Of a stretch of DNA of 64,000 bases, positions 9,856-18,971 are shown piece by piece. The DNA is taken from contig OY760907.1 of the NCBI GenBank assembly GCA_963664195.1, forward strand, positions 800,001 to 864,000. Direction: 5' to 3'. Position 1 is the first letter of the stretch; the number at the start of each line of letters is the position of its first letter. Source of the DNA: an uncultured candidate division Zixibacteria bacterium (GTDB taxonomy: Bacteria; Zixibacteria; MSB-5A5; GN15; FEB-12). The notes under the pieces were generated by a model. It saw nothing but the letters and a program-made list of their open reading frames with translations, did not search any database and was not told the origin of the DNA. A program made the translations under genes and the position numbers.

Positions 9856-10410
9856 CTAGAACGCGAACTTGTCGCGCGAGATAATCTCGTTCAGGTCCTT
9901 CCGTACACGCGGCGACTCGTCCTTCTTGCGCGTGTCCGCATCCAGCAGATCGATCGATCCCGGATACCCCAGCGAAACCGCACACATGACGTGATACTCG
10001 TCGGGGATATCGAGCGCCGTGTGGAGCTTGACCGCATCATAACCGGCCATCGCGTGCCCCATCAAATTCTCGTCGACCGCCGCCAACAGAAGCGACATGG
10101 TTGCCAACCCGCAGTCAAACTGGTAGTACTTGACCGGGTCGTCCTCGCGCGAGTAGTCATCGCTCTCTTTGGCACAAACTGCAATCAACACCGGAGCTTT
10201 CGCGGCCCATTCGTTGCCAACAGCAAGAGCTTCGACAAACTTCGCATGCTGTCCCTGCTCCGATACGAACACAAACCGCCACGGCTGCTTGTTGGCGCAC
10301 GACGGTGACCAGCGAGTCTTCTCAAGTATTCGGTTGAGAACAGCCTCGTCAATCGGCTTGTCAAGATACGACCGCCTGCTCTCACGCTTGAAAAAGATGG
10401 AATCGCTCAC
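9856..10410 (-). CDS. Nitroreductase family protein
   Basis: RESRRSY, WSPSCANKQPWRFVFV, DCGLATMSLLLAA motifs. Confidence 0.92.
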   Translation of the reverse strand: MSDSIFFKRESRRSYLDKPIDEAVLNRILEKTRWSPSCANKQPWRFVFVSEQGQHAKFVEALAVGNEWAAKAPVLIAVCAKESDDYSREDDPVKYYQFDCGLATMSLLLAAVDENLMGHAMAGYDAVKLHTALDIPDEYHVMCAVSLGYPGSIDLLDADTRKKDESPRVRKDLNEIISRDKFAF

Positions 10411-10424
10411 AACGACCTCCCTTT

Positions 10425-11360
10425 CTACTGATTTGCCGCTACCTGCGGCCTGAAACCTTCCATAGCCAACAGCGTGTTCTGACGCTCTCGCACGACTTGC
10501 TCGGTCATCTCAAACTCCGGTCCTACCTGTTCAATCATCACCGAGGACACGCAGGAAGCAAAACAACCGGACTTTCTCAGATCACCGCCGGTCTTCAGGT
10601 ACTCAAACGTAAACCCGGCCATATAGGTGTCACCCGCGCCGGTGGAATCGAGCAGTTTCACCGGATGCGGCGGAATGTCGATGAACTCGTTGCCGTCGTA
10701 TATCACCGAACCGAGTTCGGCCAGTGTCACGATCACCAGTTTCGGTCCCCAGGACTTGATGATCCGGGCAGCCTCGTACGGATCCTTGCGGCAGTCGATG
10801 CCGGTAAGCACTTCGCCTTCCAGTTCGTTCGGCTTGACGATATCGAACTGACCGAGAATTTCTTCGATCCCGTCCGGCTTCTCGTGGTAGATGCGGCCGT
10901 CGTCGTGAGCGCCGCGAAGCAACCCCTGCGGATCGCAGAAAAAGAGGCCGTCGAATTCCTTGCGGATGTCGCGGATGTTGTCAAATGACACTTCGCGCAA
11001 AATTGGGCCGATCAAGACAGCTTTGGAGTCATTGTACCATTGCGGCGGAAGGTCACCGATGGCATCGGCGCGACCCAGCAGGTCGAGTGTCCGGTTGCCG
11101 AAGTTGTCGTAGTACACCAGCGAAAAGCCGCCGGTTTCTTTCGACGGGGTCACCTCGTAGTTGACCCGGTATCTGTCCAGATCCGCCACAAACCGATTGT
11201 GTTTATCTTCACCGACCGCACCGACCAAACGGACATCCTCGCCGAGTTTTGACAGGGCCAGGACGGCGTTAGTGGAACATCCGGAAAGCACGCGCCCTTC
11301 GGTCTCCACGCGCTGCGTTTTTATATAATCGTAAACAGGATTGCCAATAGCCGTAATCAC
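10425..11360 (-). CDS. PfkB/ribokinase-family kinase, candidate myo-inositol kinase
   Basis: KPNELE and DSTGAGDTY signatures, plus a DPQGLLR segment (see findings). Confidence 0.85.
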   Translation of the reverse strand: MITAIGNPVYDYIKTQRVETEGRVLSGCSTNAVLALSKLGEDVRLVGAVGEDKHNRFVADLDRYRVNYEVTPSKETGGFSLVYYDNFGNRTLDLLGRADAIGDLPPQWYNDSKAVLIGPILREVSFDNIRDIRKEFDGLFFCDPQGLLRGAHDDGRIYHEKPDGIEEILGQFDIVKPNELEGEVLTGIDCRKDPYEAARIIKSWGPKLVIVTLAELGSVIYDGNEFIDIPPHPVKLLDSTGAGDTYMAGFTFEYLKTGGDLRKSGCFASCVSSVMIEQVGPEFEMTEQVVRERQNTLLAMEGFRPQVAANQ

Positions 11361-11494
11361 GTATTCGCCTTTCGTGAGTATTCATTATTGATCGGAAATG
11401 TACAATGCACAAAGCGCGAAGTCAACGACGTGGTCATACCGGCCAACAATTCGTATAGGATTTGAAAAAGGAGGCGAGCCTCGCTGTGGCTGCG

Positions 11495-12118
11495 TTAGAC
11501 TTCCTGACGGTCGCCGAGCATCTTGTGGGTATAGATAATTCGCTGTATGGCGGTCCAGAATGAGAAGAAACCGACCACGATCAGCGCGAACTCCAGCCAT
11601 CCGCCCTGCGGCCAGGTGCCAGTCGGCAGATAATGTTCAACAATAGCGCCGGCCATAATAAGGATGAACTTCTCAAGTCGCCCCATGATCCCAACCGCGC
11701 AGTTTTCCAGCTTGCCCATCGATTCTGCTGCGGCTCTCGTGTAAGAGGCGATCAACATTCCGAACAGCGCAAACAGTCCCCAGCCGGGATGCGCCGCACC
11801 GGACAGAGTGATACCAGCTAAGATGAAGAACTCGCCGTAACGATCCGAGACATGATCGAGAATACCGCCAAACACGGTGCCAATCTTGCCGGCGCGGGCG
11901 GTAGAACCGTCAAGCATGTCGGTGAAAGAGGTGAGGAGCATCCAGACAACGCCCCAGATCATGAAGCCCTTCCAGAACATGATACCGGAGACGATAGCAC
12001 AAAGGAACGAAATCGCCGTAATGAAATTGGGCCGAAGACCTAGCTTCAGACAAGCCCTGCCGAGGAACAAAGAAGATTCCTCGTATATCTGGCGTTTACG
12101 TTGGTTTATCCCTGGCAA
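11495..12118 (-). CDS. CDP-alcohol phosphatidyltransferase (PIP/AIP-synthase-like)
   Basis: PNFIT, DMLDGSTAR-x8-G-x3-D-x3-D signature, SYTRAAAES, GIMGRLE. TTG start with a GAGGAG RBS. Confidence 0.9.
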   Translation of the reverse strand: MPGINQRKRQIYEESSLFLGRACLKLGLRPNFITAISFLCAIVSGIMFWKGFMIWGVVWMLLTSFTDMLDGSTARAGKIGTVFGGILDHVSDRYGEFFILAGITLSGAAHPGWGLFALFGMLIASYTRAAAESMGKLENCAVGIMGRLEKFILIMAGAIVEHYLPTGTWPQGGWLEFALIVVGFFSFWTAIQRIIYTHKMLGDRQEV

Positions 12119-12151
12119 CTGTTCTCACTCCTCATCCATAAGTGTGCGGGC

Positions 12152-12180
12152 AATATACGTGCAGGTTCTGGGGGCGTCAA
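12152..12180 (-). promoter_or_regulatory. Putative promoter of the CDP-alcohol phosphotransferase gene
   Basis: TTGACG-17 bp-TATATT on the minus strand. Confidence 0.6.
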
Positions 12181-12239
12181 TGACCGGCAACAAGAAATTT
12201 ACATCATTTGCACGAAGTTGGCCGCGCGCGTAAGGTCGA

Positions 12240-12268
12240 TTGACAAGCGGCCCAACAATGAGGATATT
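12240..12268 (+). promoter_or_regulatory. Putative obgE promoter (leaderless arrangement)
   Basis: TTGACA-17 bp-GATATT, then 6 nt to GTG 12275. Confidence 0.55.
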
Positions 12269-12274
12269 GGGGCC

Positions 12275-13252
12275 GTGTTTATAGATTATGTTGAAATCGA
12301 AGTTGCTGCCGGTAACGGCGGGCACGGGTGCATTGCTTTCCGGCGGGAAAAGTTCATCCCCAAGGGAGGGCCTGACGGCGGCGATGGTGGTCGCGGCGGC
12401 AGTGTCATTGCCGTGGCAGACGCCAACCTGTCGACTCTTCTGGAACACCGGTACCGCAGGAACTACAAGGCTGACAAGGGTCAACCCGGTGGTGGTGCGC
12501 TCAAGACCGGCAAATCCGGCGACGACCTCTATATCAAGGTTCCCGTGGGCACGCTCATTAAGGACCGTGAGACCGGACAGGTGATCGCAGACCTCGATAA
12601 GCCGTTGGCAGAAGCTACTATAGCTCGGGGCGGCAAGGGCGGTCACGGCAACACGTATTACAAATCTGCCACCAACCAGACGCCGCGCAAAGCCCAGGAC
12701 GGATTCCCCGGCGAACAGAAGAAGCTGTCACTGGAACTGAAACTGCTGGCCGATGTCGGTTTGGTAGGACTACCAAACGCGGGAAAATCCACCATCTTAG
12801 CCTCGTTTTCAGCCGCACGTCCCAAGATCGCCGATTATCCGTTCACGACACTGATCCCTAATCTTGGCATTGTCCAGTTGCACGACTACAACTCCTGCGT
12901 CATGGCAGATATTCCGGGCTTGATTGAGGGAGCATCCCAGGGCAAAGGCCTCGGACACCAATTTCTCAAACACATTCAGCGGACAAGACTGCTGGTGTAC
13001 GTCATTGACGTTAATGAACTGGATATCGTGGAAACCCGACGAGTCTTGGAACAGGAGCTTGACCAGTTTGACTCATCGCTGCCGAAAAGACCGTCGCTGA
13101 CCGTCATTACCAAGATTGACACACTGCCGGAAAGCGATCTAAAAGAGATATCAAAGGAGTTGCCTCCCGATTATATTTACCTTTCGGCGGTGGCCCGCAT
13201 GGGTGCCGAGGGATTCATCCACAAAATCGAGGCTTCGCTTGACCAATTCTGA
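12275..13252 (+). CDS. obgE: GTPase ObgE
   Basis: VFIDYVEIEVAAGNGG, GGPDGGDGGRGG, GLPNAGKST, DIPGLIEGA. Start reassigned to GTG 12275. Confidence 0.97.
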   Translation: MFIDYVEIEVAAGNGGHGCIAFRREKFIPKGGPDGGDGGRGGSVIAVADANLSTLLEHRYRRNYKADKGQPGGGALKTGKSGDDLYIKVPVGTLIKDRETGQVIADLDKPLAEATIARGGKGGHGNTYYKSATNQTPRKAQDGFPGEQKKLSLELKLLADVGLVGLPNAGKSTILASFSAARPKIADYPFTTLIPNLGIVQLHDYNSCVMADIPGLIEGASQGKGLGHQFLKHIQRTRLLVYVIDVNELDIVETRRVLEQELDQFDSSLPKRPSLTVITKIDTLPESDLKEISKELPPDYIYLSAVARMGAEGFIHKIEASLDQF

Positions 13253-14348
13253 GTTGAGAGACCGGCTTACCAATACTATAGCGCTGCTGAACGTCCCTGG
13301 AGTTGGGCGTGTCCGTTTCACGCGACTGAGTGCAAGACTCGGATCTGTCGAAACCATACTGGCTGCGTCCATCTCCGAGCTTGAGTCGGTTCCTGGCATC
13401 TCGCGCACTGTCGCCTCTGCGATCAAACAGGAATGTGATCTCGACAAAGCAAGGCAAATCGCGTCCAGAATTACACAGTTGGGTTGGGCGGTGATGTTTC
13501 AAGACAGCCCTGACTATCCACAACCGCTTGTGCCACTGGCTGATGCCCCTCCCCTGCTCTTTCGCGAAGGGGACTCATTCGACCCGAGCGACAAAATGAT
13601 CGGCATTGTGGGCACGCGCCACGCCTCCGAGTCCAGCCGACGGTTCACGCGGCAATTGGCCACCGAATTGGCCCGCGAGGGCATAACCGTGGTGTCGGGG
13701 ATGGCCGAAGGCATAGACTCAGAGGCTCACAAGGGCGCGTTGGAGGGGGGCGGCAGAACGATTGCCGTTTGGGGAACTCCGCTAAATCGAGTGTATCCGG
13801 CCTCCAACCGACAGTTGGCCGAGAAGATCAGAAACCAGGGTGCGATTTACTCGGAATATTTGCCGGATGTTGAATCCAGCCCCTCGAATTTCCCCGAGCG
13901 CAATCGGATCATCTCCGGACTATCCGAAGGCATTATAGTCGTCGAGGCAGGCCGGAAGTCCGGAGCGCTGATCACCGCAAAATACGCTCTTGAACACGGG
14001 CGTGAACTGTTTGCCGTGCCGGGTCCCCCGGGGGCCTCACGCAGCATAGGCACCAATGCCCTCATCAAGGTCGGAGCAAGACTCCTGACAGAGGTCGGCG
14101 ACATTTTCGACGAGTTGCCTCGACTGAAAGGGCAGATTACCGCAAAGAAATTCCGCCAGATGCCCGATATGACGAAACAGGAACGCCAACTGGTAGATCT
14201 GCTGGCAGTTGGGCCTCTTCAACTTGACAACATGTCCAGGGAAGCAGCCCTGCCGGTTTCGGATTTGATGGAACTGCTTCTGGCGCTTGAACTCAAAGGG
14301 GTTGTGGAAGAACTCTCCGGCAAACGGTTTGTTCTGAGAGAACAGTAG
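13239..14348 (+). CDS. dprA: DNA-processing protein DprA
   Basis: N-terminal HhH, IVGTR, VSGMAEGID, FPERNRIISGLS, SGALITA, FAVPG, C-terminal winged helix. Probable TTG start overlaps the obgE end. Confidence 0.95.
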   Translation: MTNSELRDRLTNTIALLNVPGVGRVRFTRLSARLGSVETILAASISELESVPGISRTVASAIKQECDLDKARQIASRITQLGWAVMFQDSPDYPQPLVPLADAPPLLFREGDSFDPSDKMIGIVGTRHASESSRRFTRQLATELAREGITVVSGMAEGIDSEAHKGALEGGGRTIAVWGTPLNRVYPASNRQLAEKIRNQGAIYSEYLPDVESSPSNFPERNRIISGLSEGIIVVEAGRKSGALITAKYALEHGRELFAVPGPPGASRSIGTNALIKVGARLLTEVGDIFDELPRLKGQITAKKFRQMPDMTKQERQLVDLLAVGPLQLDNMSREAALPVSDLMELLLALELKGVVEELSGKRFVLREQ

Positions 14349-14352
14349 GATC

Positions 14353-14622
14353 ATGATCACCAAGAAAACCACCATAGTCAATAAGCTGGGACTTCACGCC
14401 CGACCGTCGGCGCTGCTGGTATCCACTGCCGCCAAGTTCCAATCAGAAGTGTTTTTCACCAAGGATGACCTTCGCGTCAATGGCAAGTCAATCATGGGCG
14501 TCATGATGCTGGCTGCTGAAATGGGATCTCAGGTACTGGTCGAGGTCGACGGAGCCGACGAAAACGAGGCAATTGAGGCCATTGTGAAGGTGATCGAGTC
14601 AGGCTTCGGCGAAAACGGTTGA
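14353..14622 (+). CDS. ptsH: Phosphocarrier protein HPr
   Basis: GLHARP (His15) and KSIMG (Ser46). Confidence 0.96.
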   Translation: MITKKTTIVNKLGLHARPSALLVSTAAKFQSEVFFTKDDLRVNGKSIMGVMMLAAEMGSQVLVEVDGADENEAIEAIVKVIESGFGENG

Positions 14623-14702
14623 TATTCCACTTGCCTTTCCCCCTTTGGTTTACCTATTATTTCCATGTTAATTTGGAGTAGTATGCTCAAACGCAGGGAA
14701 TT

Positions 14703-16448
14703 ATGGTCACCAAACGACGGGTCATAAAAGGCGTCTCAATCTCATCAGGTATTGCCATGGGAACAACGCGGGTAGTTCACCCCGGGTTTCTCAATGTGGC
14801 GGAAATACCTATTACGTTGGCGAAGGTCAAGCCTGAGATTGATGCCCTCGAAGAGGCTGTTCGTGAGACGATTGCGGAACTCGAGCACTTGCGCGATACT
14901 GCTGGCAAAAAGACCGGCGCTTCGGTAGCCAAGATTTTCGAGGCCCAGTTGTTGATTGCCGGTGATCTGGATTTCCTTGCGCAGGTCAAACAGCAGATAA
15001 AAACGCGCCGGCGCAACGCCGGGTTTGTCTACAACACGCTGGTAAACGAGACCATCCGTGCACTCGACAATTCGCCGGACCAGTATATGCGGCAGATGGT
15101 GCAGGAAATCGAAGCAGTGACCAACAAGGTCCTATCGCATCTGACCGGGTTTGGCGAGAAATCAACGGCCCGACTGCCTGACAACACGATCCTTGTCGCC
15201 CAGTCATTTTCCGCCAGTGACATTATGGACTACCGCTCCCGTCGCGCGGCAGGATTCATCACGGCCGAGGGTGGTTCCAACTCGCACATGGCGTTGATTG
15301 CACGTTCGTTGATGCTGCCGGCGACTCTCTCGAATAACGCGCTCTCGCAGATACCAAACGCCTGCCGGGTGATTGTCGACGGCACCAACGGCAAAGTGAT
15401 CGTTCGACCAAGCGATGACGACTGGTCGGAGTATCTCAAAAAGAGGAAGCTCCAGGGACCGGCCATTATCAGCCGGATCAAGAAGCTGGAGGAAATCCCT
15501 CCAAAGACTGCCGACGGCGTCCCGGTTAACGTCGCGGCCAATCTCGAGATCCCGGGGCCGGCAGATGATCTGCTGTCTGATGCAAGGATACCGGTTGGGC
15601 TGTACCGCACTGAATTTCTGTACCTGGAACACGTGGATTTCCCGGGCGAGGCGGCACAATTCGAATACTATTCCAGAATTGCTGAACGCTTTGCCAACAC
15701 ACATGTTATCCTGCGGACGTTTGATCTCGGTTCCGACAAGGTCAAAGACGACGGTCTCATGCCCGCCGAAGACAACCCGGCGCTGGGTTGGCGGGGCATT
15801 CGCTCAATGCTCGATATGCCACAGATTTTCAAGACGCAGATCCGTGCCATTCTCAGAGCTTCAACGCTCAAGAACGTCAAGATTCTGTTGCCTATGGTGT
15901 CGGATGTCTCTGAGCTGAGAAAAGCGAAAAAGTACGTTTCGCAGGTGATGCTGGAGCTTCGGAGAAAAGGCATCCCGTTCGATAACGATATCGAAATCGG
16001 AGTCATGGTCGAGATCCCGTCGGCGGCGCTCACAGCCAACCAACTGGCCCGGGATGCAGACTTCGTGTCAATCGGCACCAACGATCTGACGCAGTACACT
16101 ATGTCAGCCGATCGGAACAACTCGCGCGTGGCGGGCCTGTACAGTCATTTCCACCCCTCGGTGCTGAGCCTCATCCACATGACCGTGATGGCCTGCAGAA
16201 GACATGGTACACCGGTACAAATATGCGGCGAGTCGGCGGGTGATCCGCTGGCCCTGCCCCTGTTCATCGGCATGGGCGTCTCCGGCCTGTCAATGAACCC
16301 GACGAAGATTTTCGACGCCTGTCGACTAATCAAGAGAATAGACTTTGAAATGGTGAGGCACCTGGTTGACCCGGTGTTGGCCTCCAAGTCAGTTGCGGCA
16401 GTTGTCCGCAAACTGCAGAACTATAGAAATGCTGTTGAAGGCAAGTAA
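14703..16448 (+). CDS. ptsI: PTS enzyme I (PEP-protein phosphotransferase)
   Basis: GGSNSHMALIAR (active His), GLYRTEFL, NPALGWRGIR, SIGTNDLTQY, ICGE. Confidence 0.95.
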   Translation: MVTKRRVIKGVSISSGIAMGTTRVVHPGFLNVAEIPITLAKVKPEIDALEEAVRETIAELEHLRDTAGKKTGASVAKIFEAQLLIAGDLDFLAQVKQQIKTRRRNAGFVYNTLVNETIRALDNSPDQYMRQMVQEIEAVTNKVLSHLTGFGEKSTARLPDNTILVAQSFSASDIMDYRSRRAAGFITAEGGSNSHMALIARSLMLPATLSNNALSQIPNACRVIVDGTNGKVIVRPSDDDWSEYLKKRKLQGPAIISRIKKLEEIPPKTADGVPVNVAANLEIPGPADDLLSDARIPVGLYRTEFLYLEHVDFPGEAAQFEYYSRIAERFANTHVILRTFDLGSDKVKDDGLMPAEDNPALGWRGIRSMLDMPQIFKTQIRAILRASTLKNVKILLPMVSDVSELRKAKKYVSQVMLELRRKGIPFDNDIEIGVMVEIPSAALTANQLARDADFVSIGTNDLTQYTMSADRNNSRVAGLYSHFHPSVLSLIHMTVMACRRHGTPVQICGESAGDPLALPLFIGMGVSGLSMNPTKIFDACRLIKRIDFEMVRHLVDPVLASKSVAAVVRKLQNYRNAVEGK

Positions 16449-16473
16449 CTTTTAGATAACAGGAACCACGACC

Positions 16474-17565
16474 TTGTCAATACTGAACGATATCGAGAAA
16501 GTGCGGTCGCTCGACCCCTCCAATATGTATAATGCTATCTTTGATCTGCCGGAGCAGATGAAGAAGGCGCTCAAACTGGCCAGCGGATGGAATGTCCCCA
16601 AGGATGACTTCCCCGATGTTCAGAATATCGTCGTAGTCGGAATGGGCGGTTCGGCCATAGCCGGCGATCTGGCCAGGTCATACCTGTCAAAGGAAATGCT
16701 GATCCCGTTCCAGGTCTGTCGCGACTACTCCCTGCCGGAGTACGTAGACGATGAGACCCTCGTGATAGCGTCGTCCTACAGCGGCAATACCGAGGAAACG
16801 CTGTCGGCGGTCGATGACGCCCTTGAACGCAAAGCCATGATCGTGGGGCTGACTACAGGCGGGCTGCTCGAAGAGGTCCTGCAGTTGAACGAGGTCCCCA
16901 TGCTCAAACTACCGTCCGGACTTCAACCGCGCGCCGCGCTCGGGTTCTCGTTTGTACCGTTGATGGTCTTCCTTGGCAAGATCGGCCTGGTGAAAAACGC
17001 CGAAGACCGTCTGAAAGCCGCAATTGCGCACCTTGAGTCCACCCGAGGCCGTATGATCGAAGACGCCCCGGTCGGCCAGAACCCCGCCAAACAGCTCGCC
17101 GAGCTGATTCACGGTCGTATTCCGATCGTCTACAGCGGCCCGACTCTAACCGATGTCGTGGGCGTCCGATGGAAAGGGCAGATATGCGAAAACTCCAAAA
17201 TGCTCGCATTCCACAATATGTATCCGGAATTCAACCACAATGAGTTGGTGGGCTGGTCAAAACAGATTGAGCCGTTTGGCGAGAATTTCATCGTCATCAA
17301 CCTGCGTGATATAGAGGACCACCCCAAGGTCTCCGCCCGCATGGATATCGTCAAAAGCATGATTGAAGACCATGACATTCAGGTGATTGACCTCTATGCT
17401 TCCGGTGAATCACGGCTCGAACGGATATTCAACCTTATCCAGATGGGCGATTTCGTGTCGTACTATATGGCAATTCTCAGCGAGGAAGATCCCACTCCGG
17501 TGGAAGCAATCGAACACCTCAAAGTCGAATTGTCCAAGGTATCGACCAACCCTGTCGAAGAGTAG
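16474..17565 (+). CDS. Bifunctional phosphoglucose/phosphomannose isomerase
   Basis: GMGGSAIAG, SSYSGNTEET, QPRAA, ENSK, PEFNHNE motifs of the SIS-domain PGI/PMI family. Confidence 0.93.
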   Translation: MSILNDIEKVRSLDPSNMYNAIFDLPEQMKKALKLASGWNVPKDDFPDVQNIVVVGMGGSAIAGDLARSYLSKEMLIPFQVCRDYSLPEYVDDETLVIASSYSGNTEETLSAVDDALERKAMIVGLTTGGLLEEVLQLNEVPMLKLPSGLQPRAALGFSFVPLMVFLGKIGLVKNAEDRLKAAIAHLESTRGRMIEDAPVGQNPAKQLAELIHGRIPIVYSGPTLTDVVGVRWKGQICENSKMLAFHNMYPEFNHNELVGWSKQIEPFGENFIVINLRDIEDHPKVSARMDIVKSMIEDHDIQVIDLYASGESRLERIFNLIQMGDFVSYYMAILSEEDPTPVEAIEHLKVELSKVSTNPVEE

Positions 17566-17575
17566 GTAGCCAACG

Positions 17576-17788
17576 ATGGACATCACAAAGGACACATCGG
17601 TGGAAAAGCTCGTCGAAGTTTTCCCCGGTGTAGTCCGTTTACTGATATTGGAAGGGCTTCCGTGCGTAATCTGCGGGGAGCCATTCTGGGGATCTGTGGG
17701 GGAGCTTGCCCGAGAAAAAGGCTGGGACGAGGGCCGCATTGACCTGCTGATAGTGAAGATGCGGACGGAGTTGGGCCAGGCCGGGTAG
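17576..17788 (+). CDS. Small DUF1858-like protein
   Basis: 70 aa, ITKDTSV..LV...P start and GLPCVICG; good RBS. Confidence 0.7.
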   Translation: MDITKDTSVEKLVEVFPGVVRLLILEGLPCVICGEPFWGSVGELAREKGWDEGRIDLLIVKMRTELGQAG

Positions 17789-17814
17789 CCAGCCGACAAT
17801 TCAGACCAGGCTTC

Positions 17815-17896
17815 GTAGCACGGGTCTATCCTCAGACCCGCAAGGATACTTACACATGAAAACGACTCCGCTGGTCTGAAGACAGACCTGCGCTAC
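17815..17896. repeat. REP doublet (family B)
   Basis: GTAGCACGGGTCTATCCTCAGACC and inverted GGTCTGAAGACAGACCTGCGCTAC. Related copy at 33059-33149. Confidence 0.75.
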
Positions 17897-18035
17897 AAAG
17901 ATCAAGTGGGGACACATATCAGCACTCAAAGAGGATATTCAACCCGAATTCATTGAGTTGACACGCCTGAGTCGCCACACTGCAGCCGTCACTCAGCCTC
18001 TTCCCCGTAAACCACACAATACTGACAACCATTCG

Positions 18036-18063
18036 TTGACAATTCGGAGTTAATTCGTATATT
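18036..18063 (+). promoter_or_regulatory. Putative promoter of the DUF6754-like cassette
   Basis: TTGACA-16 bp-TATATT, 5 nt before GTG 18069. Confidence 0.55.
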
Positions 18064-18068
18064 TCCGC

Positions 18069-18947
18069 GTGCAAAAAACTATCGGCAAAGCCTGCAATGT
18101 GATTGCATCCAGTTTATTCTTTCTCCTAGCTGCAGGGCTTGAGTCCTCGTTCGCTCAGGCGGCAGAGGACGGCATATTCCGCACCGAGCGTATCAATGCG
18201 ATGGTACTGGTGCTCGTGTTCTCGGGCGCAATCCTCCTTTATACCAGATGGGCTAAACAGGGCAAACCGCTGTTCCTTCGCAAGATCCCAGGATTGGACG
18301 CGGTCGAAGAAGCCGTCGGTCGTGCCACTGAAATGGGCCGTCCGGTGCTGTTCGTTCCGGGTATTGCCGAGCTTGACGAGATTGAAACGATCGCCGGTAT
18401 TTCCATTCTTGGCCGTGTAGCGAAAATTACCGCCGAATACGGCACACCCTTGCGGGTTCCGGTAAGATATCCGCTGGTGCTGGCCGCCGGGCAGGAAGTT
18501 GTCGAGCAGGCCTATGCTGAGGCCGGCAACCCCGATGGTTACGATAGAGACTGTGTCAGATACGTGGCAGGAGAGCAGTTTGCTTTCACAGCGAACGTCA
18601 ACGGCTACATGATGCGAGAGCGTCCCGCCACCAACATATATATGGGGGCATTCTACGCCGAATCGCTTCTTCTGGCTGAAACCGGCAACGCGGCCGGTTC
18701 GATTCAAATCGCCGGTACCTCGAAACCGGAGCAGTTGCCGTTCTTCATCGCCGCCTGTGACTACACGGTGATGGGAGAAGAATTGTACGCCGCCTCGGCG
18801 TATCTGTCCCACGAGCCGATAATGCTCGGCGGATTGAAGGGGCAGGATTTTGTTAAAATGTTAATCACCATTGCCCTGATCGTCGGCGTGATTCTTGTCA
18901 CGTTCGGTTACGGCGATGTCTTCCTTACCTGGTTTGACGCGGTGTAG
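18069..18947 (+). CDS. DUF6754-like membrane protein
   Basis: LRKIPGLDAVEEAVGRATEMGRPV, FYAESLLLAETG, QLPFFIAACDY, GEELYAASAYLS; terminal TMs. Family name recalled from memory. Confidence 0.75.
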   Translation: MQKTIGKACNVIASSLFFLLAAGLESSFAQAAEDGIFRTERINAMVLVLVFSGAILLYTRWAKQGKPLFLRKIPGLDAVEEAVGRATEMGRPVLFVPGIAELDEIETIAGISILGRVAKITAEYGTPLRVPVRYPLVLAAGQEVVEQAYAEAGNPDGYDRDCVRYVAGEQFAFTANVNGYMMRERPATNIYMGAFYAESLLLAETGNAAGSIQIAGTSKPEQLPFFIAACDYTVMGEELYAASAYLSHEPIMLGGLKGQDFVKMLITIALIVGVILVTFGYGDVFLTWFDAV

Positions 18948-18971
18948 CAACGTGGAAGGTATTATTCGTTA

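Noticed and set aside
12101..12274. N-terminal extensions of ObgE and of the ORFs at 35428, 36242, 28236, 49758 and 63837
   Set aside because: These are longest-ORF artefacts that overlap neighbouring genes or promoters; family homology starts at the downstream starts given in the features.
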